Virus record (IMG/VR): IMGVR_UViG_3300035492_000236
DNA: 64,000 nucleotides
Source: a virus
Taxonomy: Duplodnaviria > Caudoviricetes
Direction: 5' to 3' (one strand)
The translations under genes and the position numbers were made by a program. How positions within the stretch are numbered: position 1 is the first letter of the stretch; the number at the start of each line of letters is the position of its first letter. Below, piece after piece: positions 39,601 through 48,661 of the stretch. The notes under the pieces are model-generated. The model was given only the letters and a program-made list of their open reading frames with translations. It did no database searches and was not told the DNA's origin.

Positions 39601-39978
39601 GAGTACTTAACTGCCGAGGCTGCGTATAATGCCATTAAAACCAACGCGAACGTCATGATACTGACCGGTCAGACAACAGGCACGCTCCCAGTACCACCTC
39701 CATGTTCACGGTATGTGGTGTTGTATGGCTTTGGCGATATCGGTACCGCGGGCGCTGCGAGTAACGGAACGGGTCCTGGTATCGACGGCTTCGACATTCG
39801 ACTGTCGCGTCCGGCGGAGAGTGATGCAGACATCACATCCAGGCTGGTGCAGGGGGCCGACACCCTCAAGACGCACACGCTGACAATCAAAACCAAGTAC
39901 GAGTCGGAGGGCGCCGCCGCAGCAGCCACCCATCCCGGCACGTTAAACTACATGATCATCGCATATCGCGACATCTAA
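36649..39978 (+). CDS. Tail-fibre-like virion protein 2
   Basis: Same N-terminal family (YPYDPDG...PELAPFF), NPH motif and fibre repeats; distinct C-terminus. Confidence 0.75.
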   Translation: MSIVVAYPYDPDGSREECRIKDERHVITTNNNTYRVIAPELAPFFRKDLEVVHTASAHVLKEGVDYYLGNKLTSVKAIASSPLFGTIVLINPNLFGEFTLNYRTVGSTFVGVRSEIMTYLANHLTDPVKTPFERIIDRPEYYTPHEHEMHYADFLNKEGVADALEDLNQAILDASANEAAVAVADLEQRVVALNALLNQYRYDLHIVDKTNPHATTAVQAMALPAHQAAQDTFLAFNKTLMELAEYINVRGITQADMDLYLHKVTSQTLSDTLTLQDGQAVLRNQLGNVTLNLASGDVVLNAPGMIELAAAVGVLTSAIPNRLKAGKNVLEIISDGSVRAETSLKYNGKMVYTTKNIRAELLGIGAGPSRIVTANTQYVEMSGAGWEAAPLVANLRLPAATLTGRGITRLSSSLTGTRQNVAATPKAINDLRLKVNNYVPSSRRVNGKELTADVTVTTADLNLDRVDNTNDLEKPISTPQQQLLAGYAAPGHKHPVGEIEVPIADETTAGIMSMVNDLEVITSMRGGATPQVASEIDAVIKELEYDTGALQHSSTLNLKWWTLDDAVGFEEPIITYSGFVITIPAGAKVYLNQVDFTIDRSRTVNGATLDLATLFPTNHKYRTFYIYMQMVNGNIDYVALTSRKVVESNSECFLFAVQTDGTTLTAGSGYGFAVPSDGILHVQPVTSVGMFSELEAHLDETLPHGGGANDGLTQLGLDLLKNVPTSDGVSIYSHDNLDRWDIVTTYSDVAFSKRLISVGGSTAAMGTIMSSQVTQNGHTILYSRMPQWDDNIRQRTVSYVIEPGGTANQTAVGICVGEGVINNTPAVVVVGIHNSGDVTFEVIVKDGGFQLIPITVLLTGDSQMPANIPYHVKTTINKDGDTPFVITVTMAHGNTYREVTCTVRKGINLEFHVERTAYAAGSIPVYTTNAVTVESVGASAGLRDVVGPDVFGLTVGPRVGAGSGPWQSEVTINCVGDSALGQSQEYLTAEAAYNAIKTNANVMILTGQTTGTLPVPPPCSRYVVLYGFGDIGTAGAASNGTGPGIDGFDIRLSRPAESDADITSRLVQGADTLKTHTLTIKTKYESEGAAAAATHPGTLNYMIIAYRDI

Positions 39979-39993
39979 ACCCATAATGAATCA

Positions 39994-40023
39994 GGTGGTC
40001 GTCCTTAGGGACGGCCATCTTTT
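39994..40023 (+). terminator. Intrinsic terminator
   Basis: GGTGGTCGTCC-TTAG-GGACGGCCATC followed by TTTT. Confidence 0.7.
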
Positions 40024-40024
40024 G

Positions 40025-40029
40025 TATGT
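40025..40029 (+). promoter_or_regulatory. Putative late promoter (TATG)
   Basis: TATGT right after the terminator; G is 24 nt upstream of ATG 40052. Confidence 0.45.
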
Positions 40030-40051
40030 ATCTAACTTGAGGTTTCTCGTC

Positions 40052-43000
40052 ATGGCCGATTACGCCTATCCGTACGATTCAACTGCTTCGTCTGCCGCTA
40101 ACTTGGTCGTGGACGAGCGGCACGCCTTGGCTGACTACCCGAATAAGTGGGGGTCAGTCATCCCTAAATTTGCCCCCTTTTACCGTAAAGACCTGGTGGT
40201 GCGGCATCGTCCTTCTGGCCGTACGCTATTGGAGGGGATCGACTACTACCTCGGTCATCGTTTCGCTGAGGCCTCCACTGCGAACAAAATGCCAGTGTAC
40301 GGCAGCATCATGTTGTTGGATCGCAGCCTGGCAGGCGAAGTGGAATTTAAGCAGTATCGGACGCTGGGCGGTCCCCACACCATCCCGTTTGAAGAAGCAC
40401 TGAACTACCTGGCACGCGAAGACAACCCTGATCCGCGCAACGCAGACTGGGTTGATGTAATGAAGTTCCCACGCATGGTGCCGGTGATCGTTGCCCCTGA
40501 TGACATCAATGGGGCCATTCGCGATGACGCCATTACTGGGAAATTGGATAAATTGGCTGCGACATTGCGCCAACTGGCAGAGCAGGAACGTCAAGCTTAC
40601 GAAAATGTCATGGCTAGCATTGCAGCGTTGGGTGATAAAATCCATACGTTTGATGTGGCAGTGCATGAAGATCGCACATACCCCCATGCAGTTACTTACA
40701 CTCAGCTTAACGCCATCAAGAAGGACGGTACTGCGGTTGATGCACTGAAAGCGTACGGACTCACACTGGCACAGTTTGTGGCCTTTGTGGAAAGTGCTGC
40801 GATTGAAATTAGTGACAAGGAACGCTTGGCGGATTTGATCGGTGACCAACTGCAAGGGCGGCTGCGGCTCGAGGGCGATACTTGCGTGATTCAGGGTCAG
40901 GGCGGTGCCAGTACCTTGGACCTGAAGACTGGGGATTTGGCACTGGTCGCTACAGGTAACGTGACTCTGACGTCAAACGGCACCGAAGACAAAACCGCAA
41001 TTGGTCTGCAATCTGGCCAGAACTCGTTATCACTTCACCGCAGTTACAGCCACGACGTGACTGACCCACTGGTGTATAACGGCTTCTATGTGATCCATGC
41101 AGGTAATATCGCCGATTACGTACCTGATCAAGGTAGTAGTAGTCAGCAGGTATATACGGGCGCTGGCGACCATATTACTTTACGCGGTATTGGCACACCG
41201 TCTCGCCCTTTGACTGGTGATGTGTCGTTCCCCATCGCCACCGCTACCGCTGACGGTCTGTTTAGCTTGTCGACATCAACAGTGTCTAACGACACGGACA
41301 AGGCAGCCACACCGAGCGCCCTGAAAGCAATCCATGACCTACTGGCGACGCTGGTGCCCACCTCGCGTATGGTGAATGGACGTGCTTTAACTGGCAACCT
41401 GACATTCAGCAAGACTGACTTTGGCCTGGGTCGTGTGGACAACACCCATCCCAATAGCAAACCTGCCAGTAACGCATTCAAGACAGCTGCTGCTGCGAAG
41501 CCGGCAGTGGATCATACACACACCCTGGCTGATCTGGAAGGGTTGGAGGCTGCGGGACCTGAGAGTCGGGGGCTGGTTAAATTAGCTACCGACATCAGTA
41601 GTGCGACGGACAGTGTGATCACCACCGCAGTGGCTGCAGGACTGGACGACCGGACAGAGGCCGTTGAAAACGACCTGTTCGAAACCATCCCAAGTGAAGC
41701 GTTTGACATTCAAAAGTACGGCGATGCAAGCTATCTTCCCATTCCTGCCCGCGGGAGCTATCCTGCAGCCGGGGTAAATATCAGCAATTATGCAGTTGTT
41801 GGTGAGTTCGAGGTGGGCGGTAGGTTAGTTCTACTTCGTAATGGTGCGGACGTTATTGACAGCGGTGTATATTATTCGTATGGTGACCTTGACGGATCGG
41901 GCGGTTTCTCAAGGTTTATCAACACAGCGGCTGAGTATCGACCTCGCTACTTACCGTTCGGTGTTCGGGTGCTGGCCGCATCCCGCGGCAGTGCCGGTGT
42001 GTTTATTGCCAAGATGTCGGACGGTAATGCACATTTGGTACTTACCCGAGGCACTATGGATGGCGAGCACCATGTCGGCTCACCGCTTTTGGGTGAATGG
42101 TGGATGAACTGGAATACGATTCCATTCATTGCCGGTGAATATGTTTATATCTTACATCAAGAAGTTGGCCGTGGGTTGGGCTTATCCGTCAGGTTGTGGC
42201 GTGTGTCAGTTAGTGACGTCGAGCGTGGGGTGGCATTAGCGCCTGCGGCGGTTAAGCTGTCTGGCATCGATATTTATGGCGACGCTTTCGCTAACGTAGA
42301 TATTGCCCCCCTGTCTCGCGTAAATGTGTCAAGTAACATTTCAGATAAACCGTACGCACTACGTGAAGATAACGGCACTTGGACCACAGTTATGCCTGTC
42401 AGGTCGTTAAATAACTACGACATCGCAATTCGAGAGGATGAGGTCAGGGTGTTCAACTACACGACTGTGTATCTGAGAAATGCCACCGAATCCCGACATC
42501 ACCGAGTTAGTTATAGTTACCGCGTTGATTTTAAAACTGGGGTTGTTAACTTAGATGATCGTAGTGCCTTCCCAATTAAAATTAAGCCTACTGGTGCCGA
42601 GACGACGGCGATCGCGCCGAGCGGTGAATGGGCCGCAATGCCTTATGGTAACGTGGACCGATTGGCTGGCGTAATCGACGCGGGTGACCGAATGTGTGCG
42701 GTCGCTTACCATCGAACTTACATGATTCCGAAGGTGGTACCATTCTCCAAAAACGACGGGACGGTGAGCAAGTTTGACCACCTCAGCGCTGCAACTAAAC
42801 GAATAACGTTTAGCTACAGTAACGAGGTGGATCTTGCCGGCGCCCGCGGTTCTGTTGCTGGATCCGTGCCGATGTCGGTGGGTTTTCTCTCTGACAATAA
42901 AATTATTGCACGTGAACGTGCGGGCACTAGCAATATCCTGCAATACGACCCTAGCGGCGAATACGTCACCGGCGACGGCGGTTTTGGTCCTACGGCAGAT

Positions 43001-45199
43001 CGGAGGCTTACTACCACAACCGGACACTACGATATGGTGGTGGTGGCCAACGTGGTGGATCTTAATGGCAGCGTTCGTAACGCCGGTGGTGTATTTCACA
43101 CTTCACGACTGTCAACTGCGACTGTTTGTGTTAACGAACAGCTGCAAAATGTGCTTTCGATGAGTCTCGCTGTCCACGATGCTGCAAATGCCACAGTCCT
43201 CAATATGTTGCCTGACCTTGTGGAGGGTCAGATACTTGACACCACATTCACACTCGTTGTGTTTGGGGACTACACGATCGCAAATGACCTCGACGCCTTC
43301 ATCGTAATGGGTTGCCAGCATCAGCAGCCATCTAAGCCGGGTAAAAGCTTAAGCTTGCTGGTATTTCCTGCGCAATTGACTATCGCGAATGGCCAGATCA
43401 CATCGATATCTGTCGGCACCGTGTTGCTGAATGACGTTATTGCTGACACATCAACCGTGGTCAGGGAGGTCGCTCTCTGGGGGATGAATCATCGAGTCAA
43501 GCATAGCGATACAGAAACCATGTTTATAATCAACACTACGCCGCCTGTGCATGTTGTTGGTGGTACAGCGGCGCGCAGTGCAGTATTGAGGCGAACTGGC
43601 ACGTCGTGGGAGGCAAAGTTTGTTGGCATAAATGCCCACCTCACGTCATCTTGGCATTATCATCCCAAGCTGGGCTATTTTGAAATAAGTAGCGACGATA
43701 GTGGCGAGGCGATTATTGCGAACACAAAAGATCTTAGAAATCTCAACACGACAACTGTGACCAAGCACATTATCCACTCCACCAGAGTAGCCTCGGGCTG
43801 GATCGTGTACTTCACTGAGCCTGTGCCCTTTTACGCTAATGGGGAGTTAACGTACGCCCCGGTCAAATCGTTTGACTTGAGGGAGTTGTTCCCTAACGCG
43901 TACCAGTCCAAGACGTTCTACATCTACGTCACGCCAGGCCTGGAAATTGACAACGGGGGGGTAGTAGAAGTTATCCCACCCGAGTATCGGTTTCTTACTG
44001 ACCACATCGACGATAGCGATGAGATGCTGTACATCGGCTACTGTAAAACCGACGATCGTCAGATCACGGAGTTACAGGTCGATTCAGTGCTGCGCATGGG
44101 TAAACTGCGGGAGGTGGAGGAACACATCCACAATCCGAATGGTCACGGCACTGTTCTGACCATCACCAAGGAAAAGTTTGGTGCAGGGCATCTGCAAAAC
44201 ATGCCAATGTTGAGTACGTTGACAATGCCGACCTTTAAGGAGGTGTTTGATAGTTGGAAGCGGTTCGTACACTGGCACACGACAGACACGCAGCCTGCGG
44301 CGACTGGGCCACTTTCTGCCTGGGAATATCTTGAAGACCAAGACGTGCTTCGGTCGATGGCAGACTCGGTCACTCAGCACATGTTCGTTGGGTTCATTTC
44401 ACCACAACCGGTGGGAGACTATACATTTGACGTGAAAGTCTCATCGGTCGATGCGGACGACGATTGGATTGGTATTGTACTGGCGTATGCGGTAGATGCT
44501 AATGGGCGAGAGCACACATTGTCCGCACTGAGGTCGACTGGCGCCGAATGGCAGGAAGTGATCAGTGGCCAATTCTACAATTGCGCAGTGGTTAAGAACT
44601 GGAGACAGCCGAGGCAAGGACAGCGGGTGTTGAGTACAGCTAAACCGGGCAAAGATGGCGGCTGGGGCGGTAAGGGCACGGCTCGCATACGTGCGGTGCG
44701 TAAAGCCGATCGGATTACGGTGACGTATTACGAATTCAGTGTTCGAAATGCTGACACTGTAATACACGAGTACGTTATCGACCTTAACGAGCCTGACCTG
44801 CAAATCTTCAAAGGTGCCGCCAACTTCGGTTTCTGCTCGCAGTCGCAAGGGTTGGCGACGTTCGATTCAAGTATCCGCCCAGATGAAGACGTTGGTAACT
44901 ACTACGCCACAGGTGAACTCGTACGGTTAGCGGCAGAACACCAAGCCACTTCTGTCGCATTTCGTCAGGGGTTGGTGACTGCTGGACAAGCGGTCCCTGT
45001 CCCACCTGGTTTCACCATCGCAGAGTGCAAGGTCCTGGTGGACTACCATTCTAACAGTGAGCCAACGCTCGTGAAAACGCAGATCAAGGTATCTTGCGAT
45101 CCCGCCACCTTGGTAACCAAACTGGAGTACCACAACGGTTCAACCTGGGTAACTAATGCCGGCATTGTGAAATACTACCTGGTCGCCAGAAAAGCTTAA
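40052..45199 (+). CDS. Tail-fibre-like virion protein 3 (~1715 aa, large internal insertion)
   Basis: Start MADYAYPY after GAGG; same N-terminal family and repeats; lectin-like module near the C-terminus. Confidence 0.75.
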   Translation: MADYAYPYDSTASSAANLVVDERHALADYPNKWGSVIPKFAPFYRKDLVVRHRPSGRTLLEGIDYYLGHRFAEASTANKMPVYGSIMLLDRSLAGEVEFKQYRTLGGPHTIPFEEALNYLAREDNPDPRNADWVDVMKFPRMVPVIVAPDDINGAIRDDAITGKLDKLAATLRQLAEQERQAYENVMASIAALGDKIHTFDVAVHEDRTYPHAVTYTQLNAIKKDGTAVDALKAYGLTLAQFVAFVESAAIEISDKERLADLIGDQLQGRLRLEGDTCVIQGQGGASTLDLKTGDLALVATGNVTLTSNGTEDKTAIGLQSGQNSLSLHRSYSHDVTDPLVYNGFYVIHAGNIADYVPDQGSSSQQVYTGAGDHITLRGIGTPSRPLTGDVSFPIATATADGLFSLSTSTVSNDTDKAATPSALKAIHDLLATLVPTSRMVNGRALTGNLTFSKTDFGLGRVDNTHPNSKPASNAFKTAAAAKPAVDHTHTLADLEGLEAAGPESRGLVKLATDISSATDSVITTAVAAGLDDRTEAVENDLFETIPSEAFDIQKYGDASYLPIPARGSYPAAGVNISNYAVVGEFEVGGRLVLLRNGADVIDSGVYYSYGDLDGSGGFSRFINTAAEYRPRYLPFGVRVLAASRGSAGVFIAKMSDGNAHLVLTRGTMDGEHHVGSPLLGEWWMNWNTIPFIAGEYVYILHQEVGRGLGLSVRLWRVSVSDVERGVALAPAAVKLSGIDIYGDAFANVDIAPLSRVNVSSNISDKPYALREDNGTWTTVMPVRSLNNYDIAIREDEVRVFNYTTVYLRNATESRHHRVSYSYRVDFKTGVVNLDDRSAFPIKIKPTGAETTAIAPSGEWAAMPYGNVDRLAGVIDAGDRMCAVAYHRTYMIPKVVPFSKNDGTVSKFDHLSAATKRITFSYSNEVDLAGARGSVAGSVPMSVGFLSDNKIIARERAGTSNILQYDPSGEYVTGDGGFGPTADRRLTTTTGHYDMVVVANVVDLNGSVRNAGGVFHTSRLSTATVCVNEQLQNVLSMSLAVHDAANATVLNMLPDLVEGQILDTTFTLVVFGDYTIANDLDAFIVMGCQHQQPSKPGKSLSLLVFPAQLTIANGQITSISVGTVLLNDVIADTSTVVREVALWGMNHRVKHSDTETMFIINTTPPVHVVGGTAARSAVLRRTGTSWEAKFVGINAHLTSSWHYHPKLGYFEISSDDSGEAIIANTKDLRNLNTTTVTKHIIHSTRVASGWIVYFTEPVPFYANGELTYAPVKSFDLRELFPNAYQSKTFYIYVTPGLEIDNGGVVEVIPPEYRFLTDHIDDSDEMLYIGYCKTDDRQITELQVDSVLRMGKLREVEEHIHNPNGHGTVLTITKEKFGAGHLQNMPMLSTLTMPTFKEVFDSWKRFVHWHTTDTQPAATGPLSAWEYLEDQDVLRSMADSVTQHMFVGFISPQPVGDYTFDVKVSSVDADDDWIGIVLAYAVDANGREHTLSALRSTGAEWQEVISGQFYNCAVVKNWRQPRQGQRVLSTAKPGKDGGWGGKGTARIRAVRKADRITVTYYEFSVRNADTVIHEYVIDLNEPDLQIFKGAANFGFCSQSQGLATFDSSIRPDEDVGNYYATGELVRLAAEHQATSVAFRQGLVTAGQAVPVPPGFTIAECKVLVDYHSNSEPTLVKTQIKVSCDPATLVTKLEYHNGSTWVTNAGIVKYYLVARKA

Positions 45200-45214
45200 T
45201 TGAGGTAACAGTAT

Positions 45215-45607
45215 ATGTTTTATTACGGTTTTAATGAAGAATCGAAGCGGTGCCATTTCTCCGCCGACGGGTATGTGATGGCGCCTCCCGGTATCGTCAT
45301 CGTGACGTCGGAGGTGAACTACCCAGACATCACTCGACTGGAGCTGGTTGAACGCGATGATGGCACGCAGGCCATTAATGAACGCAGTGACACCCTGGAG
45401 GACATCAAACGACGCTTTGAGGTAGAGCGCGAGGATCGTTTGCGTATCGCTGGCGAGCAGATCCAGATACTGAAGGATGTGGTGGATTACGGCGATGCAG
45501 AAACCGCCACTCCGCTGTACGAGGCGTGGCGAGCCTACCGTGCCAAAGTCTGGTCGCTCGATTATGACGCCTTCACCGAATCAGGCTGGCCTGCCAAACC
45601 TGAATAA
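45215..45607 (+). CDS. Tail fibre assembly chaperone (Tfa-like)
   Basis: LYEAWRAYRAKVWSL...GWPAKPE C-terminus; directly after a fibre gene. Confidence 0.7.
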   Translation: MFYYGFNEESKRCHFSADGYVMAPPGIVIVTSEVNYPDITRLELVERDDGTQAINERSDTLEDIKRRFEVEREDRLRIAGEQIQILKDVVDYGDAETATPLYEAWRAYRAKVWSLDYDAFTESGWPAKPE

Positions 45608-45656
45608 TTAGAAATCTTGATTGGAGCGGGGCAGGTAACTGTCCCGATTAGCTAGC

Positions 45657-47315
45657 ATGGCATTGAAACAGTTCATTTATCCACTGGACCTGTCGGGCAC
45701 ACGCACCTCGAACCGAGTAACCGAACTCCACACCATCGGCGTGGATCGCTACCGTGCGTTTGCGCTGAAGACCGGTCCGTTCTACACCAAAGATCTGGTG
45801 GTTCGTGAGAATGGTAAAACTACCCCGCTGAAACGTGGTCTGGACTACGAGTGTGTGTTCTACTACGAGAACATCGGTCGGATGACCGCGGGGCTCGAAG
45901 TCTGCGGCGTAATCGTAGTGCACAACACCAACATCGGCACCGATCTGTCTGTGGAAGTCAACATCGTAGGTGGACCGTACGCTGCTTCGGCAGAGGCCAT
46001 CCAAGATGCCATCAACCAGCTGGAGCTGGACAATCGCAACGTGTATTGGGCGAACGTGATTCAGAAGCCGGATCTGTTCCAACCCACCCCGCATTTGCAT
46101 GACCTGGGCGATATATTCGGCTTCGAGTTCATTATTGATCTACTCGGTGCGATTCGTGATGCCATTCTGGTGGGTGACAATGCCAAGATGGAGCAACTGC
46201 GGGACCATCTGGATGAGATCGTACGTCAGTTCAACCAGTCACTCCAGACCCACTTGAACGATAAGAGCAATCCGCATAAGGTCACGTCAGATCAGGTCAA
46301 CGCGTATTCGAAAGAAGCTATCGATCAGATGGTGTTGCTGATTAACCAGGCGCTGTCGCAACACGCATCGCGGATGGACGGCATCGATCAAGACATCAAC
46401 CAACTGGCGAGGGACCTGCAGGCGTTTGTGGATGCCCTTACAGCTTATAACCAGCGCGTCAGTGTGGTGGAAGGAAAGCAGTCTAGACTGAGCTCTGACA
46501 TCGCCGCGATAAATGATGCGATCCAGGCTATCAATGAGGACCTGACTCGTGTCTGGGCAGAGATTAACGCCCTCAAAGAAACCGACATCGCGCATCAGCA
46601 AGCGATCAACAAGAACGCGCAAGACATCGCCCTGATCAAACAGAAGGATGCACAGCAAGATCAGCGTTTGAATGCACTGGAGCAGGAAAACGCCACACAA
46701 CAGCAGCAAATCGATGCGGTGACGGACAAAGCCAACAGCCTGCAAGACAACATGAAGGACTATGTCAAGAAGTCTGAAGTGTATGGTGATGTCAACGATC
46801 ACACGCAGGAAGAGATGATCGGACGTATCCCCAGAATCCGACCGAATGGTGCGTTGGAGATCTGTCACGTCATCGATTTCCATATTGCCGGCTCGCAAAA
46901 AGACTGGGACATTCGTGAAGAAGCGCGGATGAACACCAGCATCAATGCCTTGGAGATCTACAACACCGAGCGTTACAATGCCATCGACGTGTTCATTCGA
47001 TCTGACCTCCGGGATAAGAACGATGTGGAGGCACTGTCTGGCGAGCGCGCGCATCAGATCCTCACGGACATTGGTGGGGGTATCACCTATCGACTGCTGG
47101 AGGAAACCGCACGCACGGCTGGCCTGGCTGCACAAGAAGTGCAGAAGGTAATGCCGGAAGCCATCGTGGTTGGTGAGAACAATGAAGGCGAGGAACGGCT
47201 TAGCGTGCGTAACAATGCCATCATCGCGGCGTTGGTATCGGGTTACAACTACCAGCAGGAGCGGATTGAAACACTGGAGCAACTGCTTAAAGATATACTC
47301 AACAAAAAGGAGTAA
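45657..47315 (+). CDS. Tail fibre protein with coiled coil and C-terminal intramolecular chaperone (Peptidase S74)
   Basis: Family N-terminus (YPLDLSG...GPFY), heptad region, RSDLRDK and GLAAQEVQKVMPEAI motifs. Confidence 0.75.
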   Translation: MALKQFIYPLDLSGTRTSNRVTELHTIGVDRYRAFALKTGPFYTKDLVVRENGKTTPLKRGLDYECVFYYENIGRMTAGLEVCGVIVVHNTNIGTDLSVEVNIVGGPYAASAEAIQDAINQLELDNRNVYWANVIQKPDLFQPTPHLHDLGDIFGFEFIIDLLGAIRDAILVGDNAKMEQLRDHLDEIVRQFNQSLQTHLNDKSNPHKVTSDQVNAYSKEAIDQMVLLINQALSQHASRMDGIDQDINQLARDLQAFVDALTAYNQRVSVVEGKQSRLSSDIAAINDAIQAINEDLTRVWAEINALKETDIAHQQAINKNAQDIALIKQKDAQQDQRLNALEQENATQQQQIDAVTDKANSLQDNMKDYVKKSEVYGDVNDHTQEEMIGRIPRIRPNGALEICHVIDFHIAGSQKDWDIREEARMNTSINALEIYNTERYNAIDVFIRSDLRDKNDVEALSGERAHQILTDIGGGITYRLLEETARTAGLAAQEVQKVMPEAIVVGENNEGEERLSVRNNAIIAALVSGYNYQQERIETLEQLLKDILNKKE

Positions 47316-47318
47316 GTC

Positions 47319-47828
47319 ATGTACCATCCTGAACACTTTAGTGCCAGTGAGTTGGTGCCGCCGGAGGAGCACGCGCGGTGGGGTGCGGGAGCGATCATGG
47401 TGATCAATCCCTTGCTGTGCATCACGCTGGATCAATTGCGTAAACGACACGGTCGGCTGATCGTTAATTCCTCAGGCCGAGATCGCCAACAGTCTGGCCT
47501 GCGCACCGTCGAGTTTTACCGTCGCGAATACCGCAAGCTTAACCGGTCGCAACAGGACAAAAAATACATCGCCTCGCGTTCAGCACACATTCGTGGCGAT
47601 GCAGCAGACTGTATCCCGCTCGACACCTCACTCGTCGACATCCATGCCGACATCAAAGCCAATCCGGATTTGTACCCGTTCCTGCACTTCGTGGAGACGG
47701 ACATCACCTGGTTACATGTTGATGTACGTAACCAGCCCGACATCACGTTCTGGTCACCGAAGCGTGGTGTGGTGGATGTGGTCAAGCAACAGCCCATTGA
47801 GTGGGGAAAAATCGCTCCAGGTCTCTAA
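47319..47828 (+). CDS. Peptidase M15-like (zinc DD/LD-peptidase) cell-wall hydrolase
   Basis: SGLR, SAHIRGDAADC and WLHVDVR zinc-binding motifs. Confidence 0.75.
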   Translation: MYHPEHFSASELVPPEEHARWGAGAIMVINPLLCITLDQLRKRHGRLIVNSSGRDRQQSGLRTVEFYRREYRKLNRSQQDKKYIASRSAHIRGDAADCIPLDTSLVDIHADIKANPDLYPFLHFVETDITWLHVDVRNQPDITFWSPKRGVVDVVKQQPIEWGKIAPGL

Positions 47829-47834
47829 TAAGGC

Positions 47835-47870
47835 AAAAAAAAAGAGGAGGGCACTGCCCTCCTCGTCTTT
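47835..47870. terminator. Bidirectional terminator
   Basis: A9 tract plus GAGGAGGGCACTGCCCTCCTC (47844-47864), identical to the hairpin at 8520-8540. Confidence 0.85.
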
Positions 47871-47886
47871 GTGCGCTTTAGCGCAA

Positions 47887-48591
47887 TTAGAGCAGTTTCC
47901 CGTCCATGAACTTACTGTACAGACCCAGACGTTTCAGGGAAGTGATACATACCGGCGCAGTGCCTGTCTTTTCCAGCCGCTCCCGCAAGTCCATGATGAT
48001 GTGCGGCGTCAAACCAGGAAGATTGGTGAACATCACCGGATCGTCGTGACTTACCAGCTCAAGCAACAGACTCCGGTCTTTTACGTCCCACGACTGCCGA
48101 TTGCCACGTAACCGAAGCAGGTCGGTATCATACACCAAACCAGTAGACCAGGCATAGGGGTTGTCACAGATCAGCACTTTCATAATTGCCTTGATCCGGC
48201 ACTTAAGACGCTCGGTGATTTCCTTAAGGTGTATGTCGTACTCCTTGAGTGTCAGCACGATACTTCCGTAGTCGTCACGAATAGCCGTTACATCGAACTT
48301 GCAAGATGTAACGACCTTTCGATATTCGTCGGTCGATTCGCAGGCGACGCCGTGTGTTCCCAGATAACTCACGATGCTCGCCACCGGATCATCTGCCAGA
48401 ACAATGTCAGCAATCTCCGACTGGTACGGCAATCGGTTATCGAAGTCCACTTCACCTGACACCATGTAGTCATGAACAGGCTTGAGGTGGTCAAGGAGTG
48501 CAGGGTGTTGTGTCCAGTCTACCGCCAGGCTGTCCAGGTTGCGAAACAGATGAGTGACGGCGTGTTTATACGTGGTGATCAGTTCGTTCAT
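47887..48591 (-). CDS. Hypothetical protein
   Basis: Start MNELI after AGGAG. Confidence 0.65.
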   Translation of the reverse strand: MNELITTYKHAVTHLFRNLDSLAVDWTQHPALLDHLKPVHDYMVSGEVDFDNRLPYQSEIADIVLADDPVASIVSYLGTHGVACESTDEYRKVVTSCKFDVTAIRDDYGSIVLTLKEYDIHLKEITERLKCRIKAIMKVLICDNPYAWSTGLVYDTDLLRLRGNRQSWDVKDRSLLLELVSHDDPVMFTNLPGLTPHIIMDLRERLEKTGTAPVCITSLKRLGLYSKFMDGKLL

Positions 48592-48638
48592 GATTTTCTC
48601 CTGATAGTAAAAGAAGGCGACATAACACATGTCACCTG

Positions 48639-48653
48639 GATGATATATATCTT
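48639..48653 (-). promoter_or_regulatory. AT-rich promoter-like motif (AAGATATATATCATC)
   Basis: Intergenic; matches copies at 27847 and 55915. Confidence 0.55.
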
Positions 48654-48661
48654 AATTTGAC

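Noticed and set aside
33571-47315. Diversity-generating retroelement or invertible shufflon acting on the fibre tips
   Set aside because: No reverse transcriptase or recombinase in the window. Similarity between modules is at protein level only, and I saw no near-identical DNA repeats or inverted crossover sites.
46287-47450. 387-aa antisense ORF
   Set aside because: Lies entirely opposite the fibre/S74 gene and the peptidase start; no SD or motifs; a typical codon-bias shadow.
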